Shown piece by piece: positions 1-12,545 of a stretch of 64,000 nt of DNA. The stretch is from Octopus vulgaris (Eukaryota). Numbering within the stretch: the first letter of the stretch is position 1; each line of letters starts with the position of its first letter. Position numbers and translations under genes: made by a program. Location: the NCBI GenBank assembly GCA_951406725.2, contig OX597833.1, positions 7,254,001 through 7,318,000 on the forward strand. The letters are read 5' to 3'. The notes under the pieces are model-generated. The model ran no database searches. It saw only the letters and a list, made by a program, of their open reading frames with translations, and was not told the origin of the DNA.

Positions 1-9
1 AAAGGTTCT

Positions 10-64
10 AAGCTGTATCGGGCCCTTTGCCTTTCCCTTGGCTAACACTGGTGGCGTGGAGAGG
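10..64 (+). mobile_element. SINE 3'-tail fragment (same tail as the minus-strand copy at 52785-53030)
   Basis: agctgtatcgggccctttgcctttcccttggctaacactggtggcgtggagagg matches the reverse complement of ~52840-52897. Confidence 0.6.
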
Positions 65-346
65 ATACTGTTTCTTAAATCCGAAAACATCTTAACAAAC
101 TGTATTCGGTTTCGCGTTACCGTTCGTCGGACTGTTGTGATGAATACTGAATTAAAACCGCGATGGTACACGTAATGTAATGTAATACGATGTTGGTATT
201 ACAAATGTAATGACTACCTTGTATTACACCATATTATATTGCATCATGTACAATCACAATTGTAATAACTGTCCTTGTTTTGCGATTATGTGCTAACTTG
301 TATATGTGTGTACGTGTGTCTGAGTATATATATATATATATTTAGT

Positions 347-720
347 GGAGGCGCAATGGCCCAGTGGTTAGGGCAGCAGACTCGCGGTTGTAGGATCGCG
401 GTTTCGATTCCCAGACAGGGCGTTGTGAGTGTTTATTGAGCGAAAACACCTAAAGCTCCACGAGGCTCCGGCAGGGGATGGTGGTGATCCTTGCTGTACT
501 CTTTCACCACAACTTTCTCTCACTCTTTCTTCCTGTTTCTGTTGTACCTGTATTTCAAGGGGCCGGCCTTGTCACTCTCTGTGTCACGCTGAATATCCCC
601 GACAACTACGTTAAGGGTACACGTGTCTGTGGAGTGCTCAGCCACATGCACGTTAATTTCACGAGCAGGCTGTTCTGTTGATCGGATCAACCGGAACCCT
701 CGTCGTCGTAACCGAAGGAG
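347..720 (+). mobile_element. tRNA-derived SINE, family A, full length
   Basis: Pol III A box (tggcccagtgg) and B box (gtttcgattcc) in a tRNA-like head; near-identical copy at 32140-32510. Confidence 0.9.
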
Positions 721-740
721 TTCATTAATTAAATATTTAT

Positions 741-937
741 GTGACCTCGTGTGTACCGTTGGCGATTTTTTTCCTTCTGTCTTCCCTTCTCTGGATCTTT
801 CCTTCTCCTATGTTTCCGACGAAGAGCTCCGCTCGAAACGTTAAACCCTCCTTCTTTCCTGAACGTCCAATAATACTATATTTGTTCCACGTCCTCGCGT
901 TGTTGTGTTTTTTTGTGCTTTCTTGTTTGGATTAACT
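741..937 (+). mobile_element. Hammerhead-bearing short repeat, family H1
   Basis: High similarity to 6625-6828 and 34585-34787; ends ggattaact followed by (AT)n. Confidence 0.85.
812..846 (+). ncRNA. Minimal type I hammerhead ribozyme motif, U4C core variant
   Basis: gttt-CCGACGA-a-gagc tcc gctc-GAAA-CGT-T-aaac; stems I and II pair, ACGT palindromic stem III. Confidence 0.6.
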
Positions 938-1035
938 ATATATATATATGTATACACACACACATTTGATAGTATATCGTATGATATACACCTGGTAGCT
1001 TACCTGTAAAGCACGTTCACAGAGTGTTCGTTGGG

Positions 1036-1291
1036 TATTTGGTTAATGAGAGACGGAAGATGGAAGATACGAGAATGTTTATTAATTACTAGTATCGATC
1101 CCTCAAGGGTAAGATCTCTAAAAACTGATTTAGGAGTATCCGACGGTGTAGATGTGTCTCTTCGGATACTTCTAAGCCAGTTGTTAGGCATTCCACCTGC
1201 GAGGGATCGATGGTAGATCGGTCGAAACAGTTGTAGTGATTAATAAACATTCTGGTATCTTCTATTTTCCGTCTCACTCATTAATCAAATA
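1036..1291. mobile_element. Fold-back element H3 with degenerate hammerhead in right arm
   Basis: Imperfect inverted arms ~1036-1143 and ~1162-1291; cac-CTG(-)CGA-gg-gatcgat ggtag atcggtc-GAAA-CAGTTG-TA-gtg at 1194-1238. Confidence 0.75.
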
Positions 1292-1335
1292 TATAATATA
1301 TGCATTTATATTACTATTACTATTATTATTATTAC

Positions 1336-1404
<69 letters not shown>

Positions 1405-1405
<1 letters not shown>

Positions 1406-1601
1406 GGCAGAAACGTTAGCACACTGGGCGAAATGTGTAGCCGTATTTCGTCTGCCGTTACGTTCTGAGTTCAAATTCCGCCGAGGTCGACTTTGCCTTT
1501 CATCGTTTCGGGGTCGATAAATTAAGTACCAGTTACGCACTGGAGTCGATATCTGTCCTTGTTTGTCCCCTCTGTGTTTGGCCCCTTGGGGGTAGTAAAG
1601 A

Positions 1602-1605
<4 letters not shown>
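1405..1605 (+). mobile_element. tRNA-derived SINE, family B
   Basis: tggcagaaacgttagc...gagttcaaattcc...ggtcgactttgcctttcatc; (ATT)n upstream and (AAT)n downstream. Confidence 0.9.
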
Positions 1606-1643
<38 letters not shown>

Positions 1644-1785
1644 TATTATTATTATTATTTGCCCTTTTCTCTGATTCACCTGCATACATGCACTCGCACA
1701 TAAATGCTTGTGAGTATACATACATATATATATGTGTGTGTGCTCGCGCTCGTAATGTATGTATCTCCACATACAGACGTAGATA

Positions 1786-2016
1786 TATTTCTTTACTACC
1801 CAAAAGGGGCTAAACATAGAGGGGACAAACAAGGACAGACAAACGGATTAAGTCGATTACATCGACCCCAGTGCATAACTGGTACTTAATTTCTCGACCC
1901 CGAAAGGATGAAAGGCAAAGTCGACCTCGGCGGAATTTGAACCCAGAACGTAGCGGCAGACGAAATACGGCTACACATTTCGCCCGGTGTGCTAACGTTT
2001 CTGCAAGTTCGCCGCC
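1786..2016 (-). mobile_element. SINE family B, full length
   Basis: Reverse complement of the family B copy at 10153-10383. Confidence 0.9.
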
Positions 2017-2057
2017 TGTAGATAAACGTATGTGTATATGCGTGTATGCATGTATGC

Positions 2058-2059
<2 letters not shown>

Positions 2060-2132
<73 letters not shown>

Positions 2133-2876
2133 GCGCACATGTACATATACATACGCATGTGTACATATGTATATATAATACGCTTTTTGTTTCACGAATG
2201 AGAGAAAGATTACTAAATAAATGCTTTAAAGTATATTATTTCAGCTTCATATATATCACACACACACACACACATTCATACACACACACACACTATAATC
2301 CCACACATACGCTCACACATACACTCCACGCACACAGAGAATACCAGGTATGTTTACTGGTCCATAAGTGTCTGGTTGTATGTCGAGGTGTGCGTATCAG
2401 AGTCTATCAGTTGCGTGGATATAAAAACGAATTTGGTATCTCAAACCAGAAATTATTCCGCTGGATCCGAATAATGGAACACTGTGTTAGAAAAGAACAC
2501 CCCTTCTCACCCCACACACGCATGTATACATGTATATATATATATGTATATATACACACATATATATATATATATATGTATATATGTATATATACATATA
2601 CATACATACATACATACATATATATACATATATGTATATATGTATATATATATATACATACATATATATATACATATATACACACACACACACATATATA
2701 TATGTATATATATATATATGTATGCATATGTATATATACATATATATGTGTGTGTATATATGTATATATATATATATATATACATACATATATATATATA
2801 TATATATATGGACGTATATATGTATGTATGCATGCATGTTTGTATGTATGCATGCATGTATGTATGTATGCATGTA

Positions 2877-2909
<33 letters not shown>

Positions 2910-2980
2910 GTGTGTGTGTACGTATGTATGTATGTATGTATGTATGTATGTGTGTGTGTGTATGTGTGTATGTATGCATA
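2060..2980. repeat. Compound (TA)n/(CA)n/(TATG)n microsatellites
   Basis: Direct inspection; source of the YI/HT/CM-rich pseudo-ORFs. Confidence 0.95.
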
Positions 2981-3254
2981 CTTCTATAGTTTTCTGTTCC
3001 AATATAGGTAGGCACAACAAGCAGCGCTCCATCCAGTGAGAAATAAATATAATTCAATACACAAATAATTCTTCCAAATTGGAAAACATTTCTCAAAGCG
3101 AGCAACAATCACCAGCTACATTATGAAAATTATTGCCACCAAACGTAAAGAAAGCCGGTATGAAATGGCTAAATAGATCTTAGAGAGCTTTGTTCTCTGA
3201 AGAGACGGAAGTGATATCTCTACCAGAAATACATCAACACGTTGTATACAAGGA

Positions 3255-3556
3255 CTAGCAGTATCGCCCGGCGTTGCTCGGGTTTGTAAGGGAAATAACT
3301 ATATAAGCATTTTTAGAGAGTTACTTCCCTTATATAATAGCAAAAAAATGCATTAAAAATGGGAAAAAATTATGGTAAATTTATTTTAAAATCGTAGACT
3401 CGTCGTAGACGCGCGCTAATACCCAGAAGGGCTCGATATGAATCACGACTATAAGATACCCGCTTTTGGTTACACTGCACCGCAAAATGTGGGAGTAGTT
3501 AGGAATCTAAATCGTAGGAGACAGACAGCACACAACCTCACTTTTATATATAAAGA
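3255..3556 (-). mobile_element. Non-autonomous Helitron (~300 bp)
   Basis: Minus strand begins TC (tctttatatataaaag), ends CTAG, subterminal GC hairpin cccgagcaacgccggg, inserted between host A and T with no TSD. Confidence 0.8.
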
Positions 3557-3811
3557 TTACAAAACATTCTTTCCAGATTCGCCTACATCAGTACAGCAGT
3601 TCGTTCCATCACCACCAAGAAATCATTACAGAACTTTCGAAAGAGACCAATTGCATCACGTACACTAGATTAGGCCTAAAATTTACGAGTAAGAATGGAT
3701 TAAGCAACCTCGGATTAAGAATGGATTAAGTAACCTTGGCTCCACAGAGAAGTTCCACATCATTCAGCATCGTAGAACAATCGCAAATATAAAAGAAATC
3801 CTTTAGAGTTT

Positions 3812-3970
3812 CTTTGACTTGTTTTAGTCATTGGACTGCGGCCATACTGGGGCACCGCCTTGAATGTTTAGTCGAACAAATCGACCGCAGTGCTTACTTT
3901 TTAAGCCTAGTACTTATTTTGTCGGCCACTTTTGCCGAGGCACCATGCTACGGGGACGAAAGGAAGCCAG
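3812..3970 (-). mobile_element. SINE family C, degraded 3' part
   Basis: Reverse complement of aaggcggtgctccagcatggccgcagtcaaatgactgaaacaag tail. Confidence 0.7.
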
Positions 3971-4189
3971 TCTTGTCGAGACATTTTGTTCGAGAATTTC
4001 AGGCAAAACAGTTCTTAATGGCAGACGATAACCAAAGGGCAACACCACCAACGCCGCTTAAAGTTATCTGATTACTGTTGAACCCCCTGACGCGAACAGT
4101 GGGATGACAAAATGCAATGGTAATTCCTTAGGGATATTGTCCCTTACTCACACACACACACGTGTGTGCATTTGTGTGTGAGTGTAAAT

Positions 4190-4520
<331 letters not shown>

Positions 4521-4893
4521 GAGTGTATGTGTGTGTGTGTAGTAAAATGTGTACAATATCCATCCATATATATCCATCCATATATATATGTGTGTGTGTG
4601 TTTGTGTGTGTGCCATAGAGTTTGACTTTAAGTAACAAGGATATGTCACAGAGTAAGAACACACTTCGACATTTAGGGACCAATATTTACAGACTCGCAG
4701 ACATTTCTTAGGTGAGTAGTTCCTCTTCCTTAGTCTGTTATAAGGAATGCGATAATGGTATTTAGAGAAACAGGCATCGGCGCAGGTGGGGAAGAGGAGG
4801 AGATGAGGAGAAGAGGAAGACTAGTCATACACCTACTCCCACACACACGTTAACAAACACATTCACACCCACACTTATACATTCAATCACACA

Positions 4894-4948
<55 letters not shown>

Positions 4949-5010
4949 ACACACACACACACACACATACATGTATTTTTGTGCATGTAAAAAAGAACAG
5001 TGGTTGTTTA

Positions 5011-5075
<65 letters not shown>

Positions 5076-5289
5076 TGATAGACAGGAAGCTAGATTGATA
5101 GAAACACGCATATGCATATATATACATATATGTTCATGGATGTATATATTCACACCCATACACATACACACACAGACACACGCACTTATACACACACACA
5201 TACACACACATGCACACACACATGTATATTTATTTTATTTTATTTATTTATTTATTTAGTTTCAGCTCACAAGCTGTGGCCATGCTGTG

Positions 5290-5346
<57 letters not shown>

Positions 5347-5348
<2 letters not shown>

Positions 5349-5450
5349 GTTAAACCCTCCTTTCCTTCTTTCCTGAGCGTCCAATAATACTTTATTTGTT
5401 CCACGTCCTCGCGTTGCTGTCTTTTTTTTTTTGTGTTTTCTTGTTTGGAT

Positions 5451-5455
<5 letters not shown>
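5347..5455 (+). mobile_element. Family H1, 5'-truncated copy between two (TA)n tracts
   Basis: Starts at acgttaaaccctcc and ends ggattaact(AT)n. Confidence 0.8.
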
Positions 5456-5524
<69 letters not shown>

Positions 5525-5670
5525 TATATATCTTGGAAAAATTAATAGAAATGGTTTTTCTGATGATGTTCCCATTTTAATAATTAGGTGTTCAGAAAAG
5601 TCATTTCTATTCATTTTTGCAAGTATATAAAACTGCACCATTCACTTTCTATTTCTATTTTTTTCCACTA

Positions 5671-5705
<35 letters not shown>

Positions 5706-5712
5706 GTATATG

Positions 5713-5802
<90 letters not shown>

Positions 5803-5825
5803 CATCCATCTATATATATATATAC

Positions 5826-6165
5826 TTAGAAAACTTAGAAAACTTAGATTTGTTTCGACCAAAGATTGGTCCAGGCCATGTCTAACTTAATAGCACCACC
5901 TGATAGGATTATTCGAATCCTGTTTAAGTCAAGTTTTGTTCAAGTAGTGAGTTCTTGTTGGGTGAGTTGTATCCAGTTTTGTTCAAGTAGTGAGTTCTTG
6001 TTGGGTGAGTTGTATCCAATTATGGGTGGCTTATCTGGTATTCTTTGAAGGAATCTATCCAGAATCTGTTTAAAGTTGATGGGATCCTTTTCCTCTTTGA
6101 TCTCCCTCGGGACAATGTTAAATAGGGCAGGGCCTGTTGAGGAAAAGAAATTATGTTGCAGTGTA
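5826..6165 (-). mobile_element. LINE 3' end fragment (clade uncertain) with tandem tail and internal 43-bp duplication
   Basis: Minus translation HNFFSSTGPALFNIVPREIKEEKDPINFKQILDRFLQRIPDKP resembles a LINE ORF2 C-terminus; tail (ctaagtttt)n; duplication 5932-5974/5975-6017. Confidence 0.7.
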
Positions 6166-6624
6166 CATGTATATGTTTATATATATATTTAAATTAATCA
6201 GAAATGGATAAAATTCTTGATCAACAAACAAATTGACTACCATCGGTTATTATCTTTTTAAAAATATAGACAATAACATTTCTAACACTCGTTTCTGCTT
6301 CCAATGTCAGTCAGCGCTACCAAAGAAAATTCTGAGAATAATATTCGTCATATTCTATAGCACATCCGATCTGGGACATAGAGTTTCATCAGAGAGAAGA
6401 CAAATACATAAATAAAAGAAAGAGCATGGCCTCGACGTGAGGAAAGAAGACTTCATATATTAGAATCGTACCATTTTACATTGTCTGTATCCTATAAGCA
6501 TAGTATGCTTGCATATCCATGCCCAGGGTTAACATGGGTAATTTATACCAGTAGTAAAAACGGATATTCTTATCCAAACGCTAACTCTACATACCTATAT
6601 ATATATATATATATATATCAAAAT

Positions 6625-6828
6625 GTGACCTCGTGTGTACCGTTGGCGATTTTTCCCCCCTGTCTTCCCTTCTCTGGATCTTTCCTTCTCCTATGTTTCC
6701 GACGAAGAGCTCCGCTCGAAACGTTAAACCCTCCTTCTTTCCTTCTTTCCTGAGCGTCCAATAATACTATATTTATTCCACGTCCTCGCGTTATTGTGTT
6801 TTTTTGTGCTTTCTTGTTTGGATTTACT
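6625..6828 (+). mobile_element. Family H1 copy flanked by (TA)n on both sides; hammerhead motif 6695-6729
   Basis: gttt-CCGACGA-a-gagc tcc gctc-GAAA-CGT-T-aaac; near-identical to 741-937. Confidence 0.85.
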
Positions 6829-7018
6829 ATATATATATATATATATATATAAATCAAGGATACAAATCCTCTTAAAGAGATGTCAGCATCCAAGTTTCCC
6901 AGTTATATCCAGTGTATCAGTGAACACTAAAGATGTTAGCTTTACATATTAAAAGTAAGGATTATTCCGCATTAGCAAAAGAATTTCCTTTCATTCTATA
7001 ATTATATTCTGCCTTAAA

Positions 7019-7280
7019 TATATGTAAATTTAGATTTAAACATGGCAATTTAGAATTATCAAATGCAGATATTCAATATACCAAAATAAAACCAATCTAT
7101 AAGTAAATTGGAAAAAAATTTTTTTTGACTCGTGAATGCTGCGCAGCGCACCTGTATTATGAGTCATAGCCAAGACTCGTGCAAATGTGGCCATTCGTGT
7201 TGGGTTTATATTGGAACATTTTTAAGTATTTTGCATTTGACAATTCTAAATTGCTGTGTTTAAATCGAAATTTATATGTA
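7019..7280. repeat. Degenerate inverted repeat (MITE or fold-back)
   Basis: Arms ~7019-7094 and ~7200-7280 (gatttaaacatggcaatttagaattatcaaatgca / tgcatttgacaattctaaattgctgtgtttaaatc). Confidence 0.7.
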
Positions 7281-7747
7281 ACTTTTAATTCTTCATCGAG
7301 TGATATCCAATTCTATATATGTTCTGAGGCAACTTTTAAAAGTGAGGTACATCTGTGTTATTTGTCTGCAAGTATGGGGTATAGCCTGGACAGGGGTATA
7401 TTCTGGCCTGCTTTTCTGGAGGGGGTATATTCTGGGCTGTTACACCGCCAATTTTCAATCCTGTTTAGACTTGTTGCCCTTAAACCCCCGCACCAATCGA
7501 TAAAGCCGCAGAGAGATGCCTGCATTTAAGTAAATGCGTCGCGACGCGTCACCTCAAATGCTTTCTATCTGTAAGGCTTTTTTAACACGTAAATTAGGGG
7601 TTCTGCGTAGTATGTGCATGTTCAATGGTTCCAGTTTTAGCTAAAACCGAAAAACCTAGGCTTTTGAACATTAAACATCTGAAAATTGGCGACCCCTCCG
7701 CGGACCTCAATTTGGGAACCAAAGATCTAAATGTATCAATCTCGATT

Positions 7748-7978
7748 AACCTGTGATTATGTATGGTTACCTGTACTTACCTCTATCTACTGATACTTAG
7801 GTAAGTACAAGCTATGTCTACCTGTATCTACCTGTATCTACTGACATTTACTCATACATACTTATACCTGCCTTAATCTACCAGTACTTACTTATACGTG
7901 TCTATACCTACCTTTAGCTACCTATGCCTACCCATATCTACGTGTACTTACCTATTTGTACCCATACCTACCTGTACG
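7748..7978 (+). repeat. Degenerate 10-bp minisatellite (tacctRtatc-like)
   Basis: About 20 diverged units such as tacctgtatc, tacctgtact, tacctatgcc. Confidence 0.7.
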
Positions 7979-8325
7979 TCGCTGATAACACGTCTAAGTA
8001 AAATATAGTCAACAAAATTTGGATGCTGGCAGCACAGCTATCAGCTTTACCAAAACTTAACTTTGATGTGTGTTTGTATGGAAAGAGAGAGAGGAGCAGG
8101 TGTGTCTGTGTGTATGCATGTGTTGCGAGAGCTCCAGCTGGGACAATAACATCTACAAAAGGTCGGTACAGCGGGACAGAGAAGTAGCAGGAAAAACGAC
8201 GACGACAACAACAACAACAACAGGTTAGAGAACCTACATCTATGTTTACAGCAAATTGAGTTAACAATGAGATATTGAGGTGTATTTAATTTGGGAGATG
8301 GAGCGTATACGATTCATAGTCTTTT

Positions 8326-8359
<34 letters not shown>

Positions 8360-8388
8360 GCATGTATATATATATGCATATATATATC

Positions 8389-8431
<43 letters not shown>

Positions 8432-8492
8432 TCTATACACGTGAATTCATATATACATATATATATATAATATTGCATACATATATACCTAC

Positions 8493-8560
<68 letters not shown>

Positions 8561-8824
8561 GCATACATATATATATATGTATGTATATATATATCAATTC
8601 TATACACGTGAATTCATATATATATATATATACATACATGTATGTATATATATGTGTGTTATGCATTATATTTATAATAGAAATGAAGTCAGGAACAACA
8701 TTCTTGTGTTAATTAGAAATCCATCGTGTGTGTGTGTGTGTGTGTGCATATATAAATAATATGTGCGTCTATCAGCGCCACCTGTGCACATATGGTGGCA
8801 ATGCGTAACGTGGTGGTAAACAGA

Positions 8825-8862
<38 letters not shown>

Positions 8863-9105
8863 ATTGCAAGCCAGCTCATACTGCGTTCAAATACCTGTAC
8901 AACATTTACCTCTTTATTATGAATCATCTTCAGAACCAACCAGACACCTACACACCTCCAGTTTCCATCCAAATTCTCTCGCATTCCATTACCATATAGT
9001 TTCTGAGACTCATCACCCTCTCATCACCTTTCCCTCCTTCTCTTCCTCCCTGCCGCTCTCTCTCTCTTTCTTTCTTCGTCTCTTTCTGTCTATCAGCTTT
9101 TGCAG

Positions 9106-9303
9106 TTGGAATATATTACAGAGCGAAGGAACGGCAGGAAGAGGAAGAACTAACTGTTGTTTCTATGTGTCTAGTTTAGCATTTCTCAACCATTCTTTCT
9201 TCTGTTCTTGGGGAACTCTTAAACTACATTCCACGTCTCAGGGAACCCCGACATCAAAATTATTACCTAACTTCATAAATCATTTTTCTTTCTCTTTCAA
9301 AAG
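9106..9303 (+). other. Candidate non-coding (5' UTR) exon
   Basis: Long pyrimidine tract plus tttgcag acceptor; aag|gtaaat donor; non-repetitive sequence. Confidence 0.3.
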
Positions 9304-9350
9304 GTAAATCCTCAGAAGTAATTGCATAAATCATGCAACAGCCTTTGAAA

Positions 9351-9698
9351 CCCCAGAAAGTTCGCCGGGAACATTTTTGCCATGAGAAAATTTACCCTAG
9401 GAAACTTCACTGTAAGAAATTTCGCCCTATAGGGAAATTCGCCGCAAGACAAATTCACCGAAAGACAGATTCGCCGAATGGTCAATGATAAAGTGTAGTA
9501 TACCAGTATTTTTAAAATAACAATAATATAAAAGAATGATAAGAGGTTTTATAAAAGCATTAAATAGGTAAGTAATTAAAGGTATTCAACGTCAAACATT
9601 AAAAAACCGGGATGAAGTGATTTAAAACGTATGAAAATTGCAAGCAACGCTACGTATTTTTCTACGGCAAAAATGTTTACGCTGAATTTTCCTGTAAC
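9351..9698. mobile_element. Mutator/Foldback-type MITE with ~15-bp subterminal repeats
   Basis: Tandem gaaatttcgccgtag-like units at left, inverted units at right; 9-bp TSD cctttgaaa (9342-9350, 9699-9707). Confidence 0.65.
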
Positions 9699-9899
9699 CC
9701 TTTGAAAGGATTGGCAGTGCAAACTCTATTAGACACCACAAAAAATCCCCCAGTTTTACCAAGACTTTCTTTATATCAAAATCCCCCTACAACTGCCTAT
9801 TAAAATGTAATTTTCCCCTGTGGGGTGGGGGGAATCTCTTTACTAGCAAAAGACGTTAGCATTTCCTAACTTGGGGAAATATTCTGCGCGTGGTTGTGT

Positions 9900-10080
9900 A
9901 CAGGTGCAGGCAGAGGCTGTCTGTTTTTAAGAAGCGCGTTTTGCAAACAGATGGTTTCAGGATCAATCTCACTGCGTGGCACCTGGAACATATGTTTCCT
10001 ATTACTGCCCCGGACCGAATATGAAAATCGTTCAAGGTGGTGCCCCAGCATGGCCACAGTCCAATTACCGTAACAAATAA
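9900..10080 (+). mobile_element. SINE family C, old internally deleted copy
   Basis: cactgcgtggcacct and aaggtggtgccccagcatggccacagtc motifs. Confidence 0.6.
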
Positions 10081-10083
10081 ATG

Positions 10084-10126
<43 letters not shown>

Positions 10127-10152
10127 GTGTGTGTATATATATATATACATAA

Positions 10153-10383
10153 GGCGGCAAGCTGGCAGAAAGGTTAGCACGCTGGGCGAAATGCGTAACC
10201 GTATTTCGTCTGCCGCTACATTCTGGGTTCAAATTCCGCCGAGGTCGACTTTGCCTTTCATCCTTTCGGGGTCGATAAATTAAGTACCAGTTACGCACTG
10301 GGGTCGATGTTATCGACTTAATCCGTTTGTCTGTCCTTGTTTGTCCTCTCTGTGTTTAGCCCCTTGTGGGTAGTAAAGAAATA
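10153..10383 (+). mobile_element. SINE family B, full length
   Basis: ggcggcaagctggcagaa head, ggttcaaattcc B box, gtagtaaagaaata end. Confidence 0.9.
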
Positions 10384-10814
10384 TATATACATATATATAA
10401 ATTACGTATAAAAACCATAAACAATTCATGGATTTGTTAGCAAATGGCTGAAACAAGTAAAAGAATAAAAGAATCAAAGAATAAAGGAATAAAGGAATAT
10501 ATATATAGATTTATTTGTTTATTTTTCTCAATTTCTCACAGAACCCCTATGGAGGATTCACCTGTTATCTCTGAGGCACGGGGAGCACCTACTTTCATAA
10601 TGCTATCATCACTGAGTTATCACTTTTGTTTTTGCTTCCCTCTGCTCTCATATCGTTATATAATTAGGTCCTACTTCGAGAATAGCCCCGTCCCCTTTAT
10701 CAAGCCATCACGACCCTCTATCATTCTTCGAATGTCTTCTATTCTTGTTTATCAAGATCTCTGAAATACTTTCCTTCCTGCTGCAATAAAAACATTGCAA
10801 AAACAACAAGAGCA

Positions 10815-11056
10815 TCCTCATCACCACCACCACCACCACCACCACCACCACCACCACCACCACCACCATACCACCACCATACCACCACTACCACCACCAC
10901 CACCACCACCACCACCACCACCACCACCACCACCACCACCACCACCACCACCACCAAACCACCACCACTACCACATCCACCACCACCACCACCACCACCA
11001 CCACCACCACCACCACCACCATCACAACAACAACCAAACCACCACCACCACCACCA
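10815..11056. repeat. (CAC)n trinucleotide array
   Basis: Direct inspection. Confidence 0.95.
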
Positions 11057-11184
11057 TTTCTATTTTTCTTGTCTTTCCATCCTCTCTTTCCACCTTACAT
11101 TTACATTGCGAAGAAAAGATTATCTCCGAAACGTCATAATTATTTTTCTCCTTAACCAAGCACCAACCTAATGACTTTTATTGT

Positions 11185-11686
11185 GAACCCTTGCACCAAG
11201 CTATACGACAGACCAACAACATCAGCAATATCGTTCATTGTCCTCCGACGACCCTCATGCACAAACTGATGTTTCCTGGGCTGACGTTCGTTGCAGGTCT
11301 TCCAGATCGCTCATCGTCTTCCAGTGAGGCTCTTCCGCTTTCGAAGCGCCCGTGCCATTCGAAGCCTTGTGTACGACCCAATGCCTCGTCGCCGTAAGCT
11401 TGCCGAAGCATGCTCAATGTCACAGGTAGCAGACTTCCCAAGTTTAACGCAAAATTTCACATTGGTTCTTTGTTCCAACTTTTTGTCCATGACAAAATCG
11501 CAGACCACAACATACACGTGATCACAAAAACACAAACTTTACATCTTGCAAGTAAACACAATGATGTCATTCGACACACTGCCTCATAAAGGTCACTGCT
11601 AGCTCTCACTGCACACATGCAGCCATGTACTGCCATCTGTTGGCGCGTTTACAGAACGAGTCCGGGAACCTTTTGATACCATCTCG
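11185..11686 (-). mobile_element. Mariner transposon 5' remnant (TIR plus N-terminal HTH of transposase, frameshifted)
   Basis: TA|cgagatggtatcaaaaggttcccggact end; MDKKLEQRTNVKFCVKLGKSAT / MLRQAYGDEALGRTQGFEWHGRFESGRASLEDDERSGRP. Confidence 0.9.
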
Positions 11687-12035
11687 TACATACATAAACA
11701 CATACATACATAAACACATACATACATACATACATACATACATACATACATACATACATGCATACATACATGCATACATGCATGCATACATACATACATA
11801 CATGCATGCATACATACGTACATACATGCATACATACGTACATACATACATGCATATACATACATACATACATACATACATACATACATACGTACGTACA
11901 TACATACATACATACATACATACATACATACATACATACATACATACATACATACATACATACATACATACATACATACATACATACATACATACATACA
12001 TACATACATACATACATACATACATACATACATAC
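11687..12035. repeat. (CATA)n microsatellite
   Basis: Direct inspection. Confidence 0.95.
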
Positions 12036-12059
12036 AGGTTTGTATGCAAGCATGCATGC

Positions 12060-12545
12060 ATTCATAACAACACAAGAGATATTTTTGGAAGATTCTCATG
12101 TAAACTTAACCAAGTAAAGACATAATAGGCCTGATATTTATATTTGGGATAGAAAATAAAAGACACGTACAACCAGAGAGGTTCGTTGCTCTACAGAAAG
12201 GAACATCTCTTCCAATATCATCACAAAGAACTATATTTATGGGAAACTGTTTGGAAGCCTGCAACTCCTGTTTCTTAAAATTATACCAATAACCATTGGG
12301 ACACTTGGTTATGTTAATAAAGAAAATGACGATCTGGAGAAGCTAGGATTTTCATACAAAGGAACAGATCGACCAACACGGACTTTACCATTTCAATCTG
12401 TAAGCGCAACAGTAAAAATACGAAAGACTTTCTTAAAGTTCGGTAACATTTATCATTGCTGTTCTCTAATTTCCAAAGATGGCGCTTTTATTTCTTTGCT
12501 AGAGACCAATTCCTTCCTTCTAGTTTCAATAAATAAAAAGAAAAG
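12060..12545 (+). mobile_element. R4/Dong-type non-LTR retrotransposon 3' fragment (restriction-like endonuclease remnant plus 3' UTR)
   Basis: Degraded HNRPDIYIWD and IIPITIGTLG motifs; flanked by (CATA)n; 3' UTR shared with 16655-16730 (-) and 51015-51112 (+). Confidence 0.7.

Noticed and set aside
347-420. tRNA gene-like sequence
   Set aside because: It is the head of a multi-copy SINE; no complete cloverleaf or terminator. Same for 32140 and 44095
1871-3108. Long ORFs (up to 372 aa) rich in YI/HT/CMYV
   Set aside because: Stop-free frames of (TA)n, (CA)n and (TATG)n microsatellites; the same applies to similar ORFs throughout the window
5850-5880. Hairpin followed by GAAAC on the minus strand in the LINE tail
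   Set aside because: No CUGANGA box and no stem I or III; more likely the LINE 3' stem-loop
8772-8788. CTCF-like motif cagcgccacctgtgc (also ~17835 and 11628)
   Set aside because: Single short motifs occur by chance; the 11628 one lies inside a mariner
8792-9307. 171-aa ORF with poly-Leu resembling a signal peptide
   Set aside because: The Leu run is an (ATT)n tract and the rest crosses a (CT)-rich tract; no recognisable domain
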